Notes under the pieces: generated by a model
The model's input: only the letters and a program-made list of their open reading frames with translations
Databases searched by the model: none
Told to the model about the DNA's origin: nothing
Shown: in pieces, positions 55,561-64,000 of the stretch
Layout of the letters: each line of letters begins with the position of its first letter
Position numbering within the stretch: position 1 is the first letter of the stretch
NCBI RefSeq assembly: GCF_009914755.1
Contig: NC_060930.1
DNA length: 64,000 nt
Reading direction: 5' to 3' (one strand)
DNA from: the human T2T-CHM13v2.0 reference genome, Homo sapiens
Position numbers and translations under genes: made by a program

Positions 55561-57059
55561 AAGGCCATTAATAGCTCTGTCACTTTGACTGTTGTGACAA
55601 TGAGAAGAAATGTATACACTCATGTACTAATAGTGAGGGGTATGCAAACCGGTACAGACATATAGGAACTTAGTGAAATTCAGTCAATATACAACCTCTG
55701 AGCCAGCAATGAGTATAAAATTGAGAAAAACAGTTACACAGTTTCCTATGGAACAAGTCCTGAGATAAAAAGAAAAAAGAAAGCAAGTAAGCTGGCCCGG
55801 CAGCTGGAGATCTGGGCTCTAGTTTTTCTAATAACAGTGCGTCATTGAGTGAATTGTTGACCTCTCTGGGACTTGTTTGCTTCATTTGTAAAGTGTGGCA
55901 AATATATTAGGTTCACAGTTCTCAAACTATACCCTTAAGGAACACCAAAGTTTGATGAATTGGTCCAGGTTCTCTCTTGATAAAATAAAATCTTGGTGGC
56001 TTTTAACCTGACAATTATCTGAACTTCAAGTGTCCTGCAATGTTTTTTTTTCTTTAACTTTTTGTGACTGCTGTTATTTTTCTGCTACTGTATATTAGCA
56101 GATGACAAAAAGAATTATACAAATAATAAAAAATTCTGACATAATTAAAACCAGCTTATTGTTTAATGAAAACACATGGCCTTGGTTTGATGTCATATTT
56201 TGGCATGCAACATTGACTTATTTTTTGCTAGTAAAATTATCCCACATTTGTATGAGGCCATTACACAGCTAAGCCTTTCATGGTGTTTCATAAAGAGCAC
56301 CCCAAGTGTTAGGCATTTCCTTCTGAACAGGCTGGAGCCCACACTCTGAGATTTTTACAGTTATTTTTACCTTCATTAGTCTATCTTTTAATTATTATCC
56401 TATTAGAAGAGCAACATGTATTTATAGAGCTTCTGACAAGGTTGAATAAATAATGAGCACTTACCTTGTGGATGAAGATACTCTAAAACCAAATTATTAG
56501 TATAGGACCTCATCTATACCCCTAGATAAAATTTTAATTGTTGAAAATTACTTCTTGCAAGTTACCACAAGCCTTTCTAACTTTTTTTTTAAGTGAACCT
56601 TTTTAGAACCTATTTGTACGTAACTTTTATAGTATACAGACATATCTCATGTTACTGCACTTTGCTTTATTGCATTTCATGGATATTGCATTTTCTACAA
56701 GTTGAAGGTTTGTGGCAATCCTGCATGGAACAAGTCTATTGACACCATTTTCCCAACAGCATGTGCTCACTTTGTGTCTCTGCATCACATTTTGGTAATT
56801 CTCACAATACTTCAAGCTTTTTAATGATGATTATGTTTGTTACAGTAAACTGAGATTAGTGACTTTTGATGCTGCTGTTGTAATTGTTTTGGGGCACCAC
56901 GGACTGTACCCATACAAGATGTCAAACTTGATCGATAAATGTTGTGTATGTTCTGAGTGCTCCACCAACTGGCCATTCTCCCTTCTCTTTTTCTCTCTCA
57001 GGCTTCTCTATTCCCTGAGACACAACAATATAGAAATTAGGTCAATTAATAACCCTAAA

Positions 57060-58945
57060 ATGGCCTCTCAGCGTTCAAATGAAAAGAGTCTCATGTCTCT
57101 CACTTCAAATCAGAAGACAGAAACGATTAAGCTTAGTGAAGGAGGCATGTCAAAAGCTGAGACAGGCCAAAAGTTAGGCCTCTGGCACCAAATGGTTCAC
57201 CAAGTTGTAAATACAAAGGAAAATTTCTTGAAAGAAATTAAAAGTGCTATTACAGTGAACACATGAATATAAGAAAGCAAAATAGACCTACTGATATGGA
57301 GAAAGTTGGAGTGGCGTGGATAGAAGATTAAACTAGCAACAAGATTCACTTAAACCAAATCCTAATCCAGAGTGAGATTTTAACTGTCTTTAATTCCATG
57401 AAGACTGAGAGAGGTGAAGGAGCTGCAGAAAAAAAAAAAAATTGAAACTAGAAAATGTTCGCTAGGCATGGTGATTCATGCCTGTAATCCCAGCCAAGGT
57501 GGGCAGATCACTTGAGGTCAAGAGTTCAAGACCAGCCTGGCCAACATGGTGAAACCCTATCTCTGCTAAAAATACAAAAGTTAGCCAGCTGTGGTGGTGC
57601 AGGACTGTAATCCCAGCTACTCAGGAGGCTGAGGCAGGAGGATTGCTTGAACCCAGGGGGCAGAGGTTGCAGTCAGCTGAGATCATGCCACTGCACTCCA
57701 GTCTGGATGACAGAGAAAGACTCTGTCTCAAAGAAAAAATAAAAAAAAAAAAGAAAATGTTGATCCATGAGATTTAAGAAAATAAGCCATCTCTATATCA
57801 CAAAAGTGCAAGGTGAAACATCAAATTTTGATGAAGAAGCTACAGCAAGTTATCCAGAATGTATAGCTAAGATCATTGATGAAGGTGGCTACACTAAACA
57901 TTTTCAATGTAGAAAAATCAATCTTCTACTGAAAGAAGATGCCATCTAGGACTTTCATAGCTAGAGAGAAGTCAATGCCTGGCTTAAAGCTTCAAAGGAT
58001 AGTCTGACTCTCTTGTTAGGAACTAATAGAGCTGGTGTGTTGAAGTTGAAACCAATGCTCATTGACTATTCCAAAAGCCCTAGGGCCCTTAAGAATTATT
58101 ATAAATCTACTCTGTCTGTGCTCTATAAATGAACAACAATGCATAGATGACAGCACATCTGTTTACAGCATGGTTTACTGAATATTTTAAACTCACTGTT
58201 GAGACTTACTGCATAGAAAAAGAGACCTCTTTGAAAATATTACTATTCATTTACAGTACACATGGTCACCCAGGAGCTCTGATGGAGATGTATAAGGAGA
58301 TTAATGGTTTTATGCCTGCTAAGACAATATCTATTTTGCACTCCATGGATTAAGGAGTAATTTTGACTTTCAGGTCTTATTATCTAAAACATTCATTTCC
58401 TAGAGCTAAAGTTGCTATAAATAGTGATTCCTCTCACAGATCTGGATAAAGTAAATTGGAAACCTTCTGGAAAGGATTCATCATTCTAAATGCCATTGAG
58501 AATATTCATGATTCATGGGAGGAGGTAAAAAATATCACCATTAACATGAGTTTGAAAGAAGCTGATTCCAACTATCATGGATGACCTTAAGAGGTTCAAG
58601 ACTTCAGTGGAGAAACTAAATGCAGATGTATTAGAAATTATAAGGGAACCAGAATTAGAGGTAGAGCCTGAAGATGTGACTGAATTGCTACAATCTCATG
58701 ATAAAATTTAAATTGATGAGGATTTGCTTCTTATGGATGAGCAAAGAAACTAGTTTCTTGAGATGGAATCTGCTTTTGGTGACAATACTATGAACATTGT
58801 TGAGATGACATCAAAGGATTTAGAATATTACAGAAACTTAACTGATAAAGCAGTGGCAGGGCTTGAGAAGATTGACTCCAATTTTGAAAGAAGTTCCACT
58901 GTGAGTAAAATGCAGCATAGCATGCTACAGAGAAATATTTTGTGA
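57060..58945 (+). pseudogene. Tigger1 transposase pseudo-ORF (CENP-B-like HTH plus DDE), multiply disrupted
   Basis: ORF-track fragments 56859-57266, 57767-57949, 58147-58353 and 58763-58945 are separated by stops, frameshifts and an Alu. Confidence 0.85.
57460..57751 (+). mobile_element. AluS (Sz/Sx-like) nested in Tigger1
   Basis: 10-bp TSD agaaaatgtt at 57450-57459 and 57752-57761. Small left-arm deletion (cccagc^caaggtggg). Confidence 0.95.
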
Positions 58946-61366
58946 AAGAAAAAGTCGATTGATATGGAAGATTTTATTGATGTATTATTTTTAAAAATTG
59001 CTATGGCCACCCCAGTCTTCAGCGATCACCAGTCTAATCAGTCAGCAGCCATCAGCATTGAGTCAAGAACTTCCATGAGCAAAAAGATTATGACTTGCTG
59101 AAGCCTCCTGGAATTGTTAGCATTTTTTAGGAACAAAGTATTTTACAAATTAAGATAGGTGCATTTTTTTTAGGCATAATGCTATTGAACACTTAAAAGA
59201 CTCCAGTATAGTTACACATAACTTTTATATGCACCGGCAAACCAAAAAATGTGTGTAACTAGCTTTATTGCAATATGTGCTTTATTGTGGTGGTCTGGAA
59301 CTGAAACCAAAACATCTCTGAGGTGTGTCTGGATAAAATTTATGTAGATTACCCTAAACAATATATTAGTAAGTCAAACTAGTAAAGCAGTGGAGACCAA
59401 TAACATTTCTTGCAACCCCTGTTAAAAAAAAAATGACTCACCTTGCACTCTGGTGTCTGGTGTCACAATAGTGTTAAGTTTTCAGCATTGGGATATTCTT
59501 TTCTTTTCTCTTCAGAAGCCATAATATGTTATGCTGACAATTTTGGCAGCTATCAGAGTCTTAAATTCAATGTAGAAAAGCAAATATGTTTGTTTTATTA
59601 ACAGGGAACACGTTCTTCAAGTGAAATAGTTTATAACACACATGTAAACAATGTCTGTGGAGCTGCTGCTGTGGTCCTGAGAATGAGTGGGGAGGAAGCA
59701 GCCTCACTTCTTCTCCTTTCAGTGTTTTTTCTTGGACCCTCCCACTGTAAGTGAAGAAATCATACACAAGCAATACAAAAAATGAGAAGATCATGTCTCT
59801 TCCTGAAGAAAGGTTTTCCCAGATGGCTTTTGGGCAGCGACCATGAGAATGGCCAACTCCTAAGGGGGAGGGCTGTCCACGTGGACTGCTGAGTGACAGT
59901 GTATGGCCTTAATGTCCGGAACTTGGGTTCAGAAAATATCCTAAAGTGGTTTCCTCACACACATATAAAGACAACCATAGACTGGTTCTTCTTAAGTCAA
60001 ACTAATTGGGAAACTGAGAAGGTTCTGTTTGCTTCCATTTTGGAGATAGAGGAGAAACAAGGAAATTGAGAAAACATTGAAGGATCTCTCTTTTTTATGT
60101 GGAATAAAAATTTACATCTTTTTCTCAAAGAGCTAAACAATTCTGAGGAAATTTATTTTACCACATCCTGGCTAGAGTATTGCAAGGGGACTTACAGAGT
60201 CTTTTTATTGACCTGGAGTTTATGTTCAAACATATTCATGAGGTGTGATAATAGTCTTTAAAATTCCCCTGGATCATCTGAACTTAAATGTTACAGCTAT
60301 AACATTGTTTACTTTTTAATATAACAGAATAATAAAAGGATTCCAGTACGTTGCCACATGTAGTCATCCGAAGGAGAGAGAGAAAATTTTCCATAATTAA
60401 AAACAGATTAGTCCTTCCTAATTGTGCACTAAATAAGCCGCCCTATCAAGCTAATGAATTGGTACCTTGATGGTGTCTTGCATTAGAAATTTAATTTCAA
60501 TGAGCATGTTTTCCAGTTATTAGGGACCATAGATGATGCTACTGTTTTCACTCTCCTGAGTTTAAAATTTGAAAGTACTGAGATTACCTTAAATCTTCCA
60601 TCAAAATTGATTCTGTTTCCCCTTTTAAAACTATAAGAAAATTCTCTACTATCCAAAGATGAAGTTTTTCTCTAGTGCAAGTGACTCCCCTCAAATAACA
60701 AGGGCAAAGCCAAAATGTGGCTATATAAATGCCTCCATGATATCTCTATTTATAATTACAGCTGCCTCATGATTATTAACAGAAGAATGTTTGTCTGTGG
60801 AAATCATCCTGTTTTGCTTGCGTAATTACTGGCTAATAATTCTATTTGTTCAACCTCATAAACAGGAACATAAACAGGCCTACATGTTCATGGCCCAGTT
60901 TGTAAGCTTGGGGCTGGATGGAGGCTTCCCTTCTGCTTGACTGGCAGGTGGACAGCCTGCTTCCTGTTTAACTTCCACAGCATATTGTCGTGTAGAACTG
61001 CAAACCATTACAGAATCGAGATGAATTTCTGCTGGAGTCTCAGCTTTGTTTTAAGATTCATTTTCCGTCTCACAAAAGTAGCGATCTTAATTTGACAAGT
61101 GATACAATCTCTCCTGCAAAACTCAATATTAGATTCTTACTCCTTTACCATCTTGGGAGGATCAAGTTAGAAATAAATTGTTTATCTAATGTAAAATATG
61201 GTGCCAGAGACAGGACCCCTCTTCCCTCCAATAATACCCTGACAAGGTGTTGTTATAGGACAAATCATGCACCCATCTATAGGTTTTTAGCTAGGAATGA
61301 GTTGAATAAAACAGTTCTTCATTTGTTGCTGTTGGGAAATTAGTGTAATGCATTTCCTGGGCTAGG

Positions 61367-61692
<326 letters not shown>

Positions 61693-63039
61693 TGATAAAG
61701 ATTAGTGTTTTGAATTAAAAAAAGGCCACGAAAGGTGATTAATAACTTTAAAATATTTTTAACAAACTTCAAATTAAACAATTACCTGTGATGTACAAAT
61801 GTAACTTATATGTTAAGTAGAGATCACTTCATTTGTGGTTGAACTTTACTTCTTTTAATTATGAAAGTGTGCTTCTTGGAGAGGTGGGAATGACCTTTTC
61901 CTAACACTTTTAATTTATCCTCTGCCTGGAGGAGAGAAAAATACTTTAGATAAACCATCTGGAAAACTTCTAATTTGTTCTATGAAAAAATAAACATTCT
62001 GCTCGGCAGAAATAACCCAACTGGCAAGAGTCTTCTTTCCATTTGGATTATTTCTTATCTACCCTTTATTATTGTTGTAAATTAAACCTTTGCATCTAAA
62101 CTCAGCACCACATAAAATATAGAGGACAGTATTTGCCCTGCCTTTCTGTAAAATGTTTTAGAATTAAAGATATAGAGATATCTGTATGTATATGGCCAAA
62201 ACAACATACAGACTGATGAAAAATGTGTGAATTATGTGGCTGTTTACTCTTTTGTACTCACAGATTTTAATATAAAGATCCCCTTATTTGAATATATATA
62301 GTATGAGAAGACAAATTTTGGTGAGGAAACTCCTTGGTGCTAAATACAACTTAAAAATGTAAACTCATTTTAAGAAATGTCAAATTTCTCACGGAGTCAA
62401 TTGTTACTATTTATTGTGTGCTTTCTCTGTTCCTGGCCCTATACTAAGTTTCTTACATGAACTAATGAAGAAGGTCCTAGTGTTATCCGCATTTCACAGA
62501 TAAACAGAGTTAAAGAGAGACTGACTTGGACCAACAAAATCATGGGACCAATAAGTTCTACAGTTTGGATTTGTACTAAGGAATTCTGTTCTCTTAGAAT
62601 GCATTGAACTCATAAAACATTCTAAGCTTTTGTATAAAAAGCAGTTTGGCCGTAGGAATAGAAAAATGCACTCAGCCAACCAATACTGCTTTACACTATA
62701 CAGTTTTAATCTGAAAATACTTTATATTTAGACTTTAGTTACTGTATATGGTCAATGTATGTAATGTATATAAAATGGTATTAATATGTATAGATGGTAG
62801 CTTATCACCTTTTAAGAAATGAAAATAAAATAAAATAAAACAAAACATAATAGCTAATGTGCAGGAATTCAGGAGCCATGGAGGTCAGCACAGGAGCAGC
62901 AAACTGGTTTAAGTGGAGGGGTGGTTTACTGCTAGCATTGTGATCAGAATTTTGTCCCAGTGACCAGTCTCCTGAGGTTGAATGGATTGAGCTGGAAGGA
63001 GATAGCTGTCACTTAAGCACTCTCAAATGAGTCCACTCC

Positions 63040-63310
63040 TTTTCCTCCTTGCTATCACACCTTATTCCTGTGGTCTCTTACTTATTTCTGTAATTAAGTC
63101 AAAAGTCTCTTTTCTGGGCTCCCTTACTCTGGTTTTCTACATTTCTGTTCTTTAATTCACCAATCCATTCTCTACATTGCTGCTAGAATGTGTTCTATAC
63201 AATTCAAATCTGCTTCTCTCATTTTTCTATTTGAAATTCTTCAATTGCCTCTTAGTGCCTTCAGGATAAAACCCAAACTCCTTAGTCCGACATGCAAGGC
63301 CTTTCATGTT
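63040..63310 (+). mobile_element. L2 remnant
   Basis: 'caatccattctctacattgctgctagaatg...ttcaggataaaacccaaactccttag..caaggcctttcatg'. Confidence 0.65.
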
Positions 63311-63792
63311 TGGTAGCTATAAATATCCAAGTTACAGACTCTGATGTGCAAAAATGTAACTTTCTTTATTTCAGTAACTCAATTTGACTTTCCAATTCTT
63401 AGAACTCAGTCTGCAAAATGGCAGACAATTTAATCTAGATATTTTCTAGATTTCTCTGTCTAATTTACCTGTTTTTAAGTCAGCTCAGGTTTAACATTCA
63501 ATCATAATCAGAATGTCTCCTATATGTATTTTCCCCACCCACATCAGTTAGTAGAATATTCAAGAGGCACCAGGGTGAGTGTGGTAGAGGGCACCTGTGT
63601 GTCAGTTGTAATCCGAATGGATTCCAGGCTGCCTTTGCTATAGCTAGTGACTCCACTCCCATCTTGGTTCCTGGAACTGGTGGCTAAACCTCCTTAGATC
63701 CCAACTGGAAACGAGTTACTCCACAATCTGCTGTGGAATGCCTTTATTTTGGCTGTGGTGACCTTTAGGAAGTCCCAGAAAGTCTTTATTTA

Positions 63793-63815
63793 TAAGGTTG
63801 GTGCAAAAGTAATTG
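63793..63815. mobile_element. MADE1/Hsmar1 terminal inverted repeat (half element)
   Basis: aggttggtgcaaaagtaattg matches the Hsmar1/MADE1 TIR and is preceded by TA. Confidence 0.75.
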
Positions 63816-63819
63816 TTAC

Positions 63820-63859
63820 CTGCCCAAATGCTCATCAATCAACAAGTGGATAAACTGTC

Positions 63860-63896
<37 letters not shown>

Positions 63897-63937
63897 CACA
63901 CACACACACACACATACATATATATATATATGTATAC

Positions 63938-63982
<45 letters not shown>

Positions 63983-64000
63983 GGAATACTACTCAGCCAT
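63820..64000 (+). mobile_element. L1PB-like ORF2 3' segment with an expanded (TA)n(CA)n tract; runs off the window
   Basis: 'cccaaatgctcatcaatcaacaagtggataaa'...[TA/CA repeat at about 63860-63980]...'atggaatactactcagccat'. Confidence 0.85.

Larger units (their letters stand above)
51700..55760 (+). mobile_element. Old mammalian L1M ORF2 remnant, heavily decayed and interrupted by LTRs
   Basis: Strongly A-rich, with collinear degenerate ORF2 motifs (catatagatacaaaatctta; gatataccactt-like 3' motifs; cctgaatgtgaaagg). Boundaries approximate. Confidence 0.65.
56637..59331 (+). mobile_element. Full-length decayed Tigger1 (TcMar-Tigger) DNA transposon with an Alu insertion
   Basis: TIRs cagacatatctc / gaggtgtgtctg with a 5' TA. 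About 2.4 kb once the Alu is removed. Frameshifted transposase peptides ([19 protein letters not shown]; [14 protein letters not shown]; [15 protein letters not shown]). Confidence 0.95.

Overview
This is AT-rich, CpG-depleted primate genomic DNA, most likely human or another ape given the AluY-type and LTR12 elements. It looks intergenic or deep-intronic. I recognise no protein-coding gene, RNA gene, CpG island or prokaryotic feature. The recognisable ORFs in the track are decayed L1 ORF2, Tigger1 transposase, Alu or LTR12 frames, and the rest look like chance frames. Roughly half the window is interspersed repeat. The first 11.5 kb is a dense cluster of minus-strand ERV solo LTRs (LTR8, two MER39/MER34-like, LTR8A-like, LTR12), including a three-level nest. 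Elsewhere there are several L1s (one 5'-inverted), about 9 Alus, a full-length decayed Tigger1, MER5/20/30/58 DNA-transposon fossils, MIR/L2/L3 remnants and microsatellites. The best leads not explained by repeats are a chain of three candidate minus-strand non-coding exons at 56-62 kb (one an 18-nt microexon), a TALE-homeobox/GATA motif cluster near 13.7 kb, and a switch in L1/LTR orientation near 45 kb. I do not see convincing evidence of a new biological system. Subfamily names come from my recall of consensus sequences and need RepeatMasker/Dfam confirmation.
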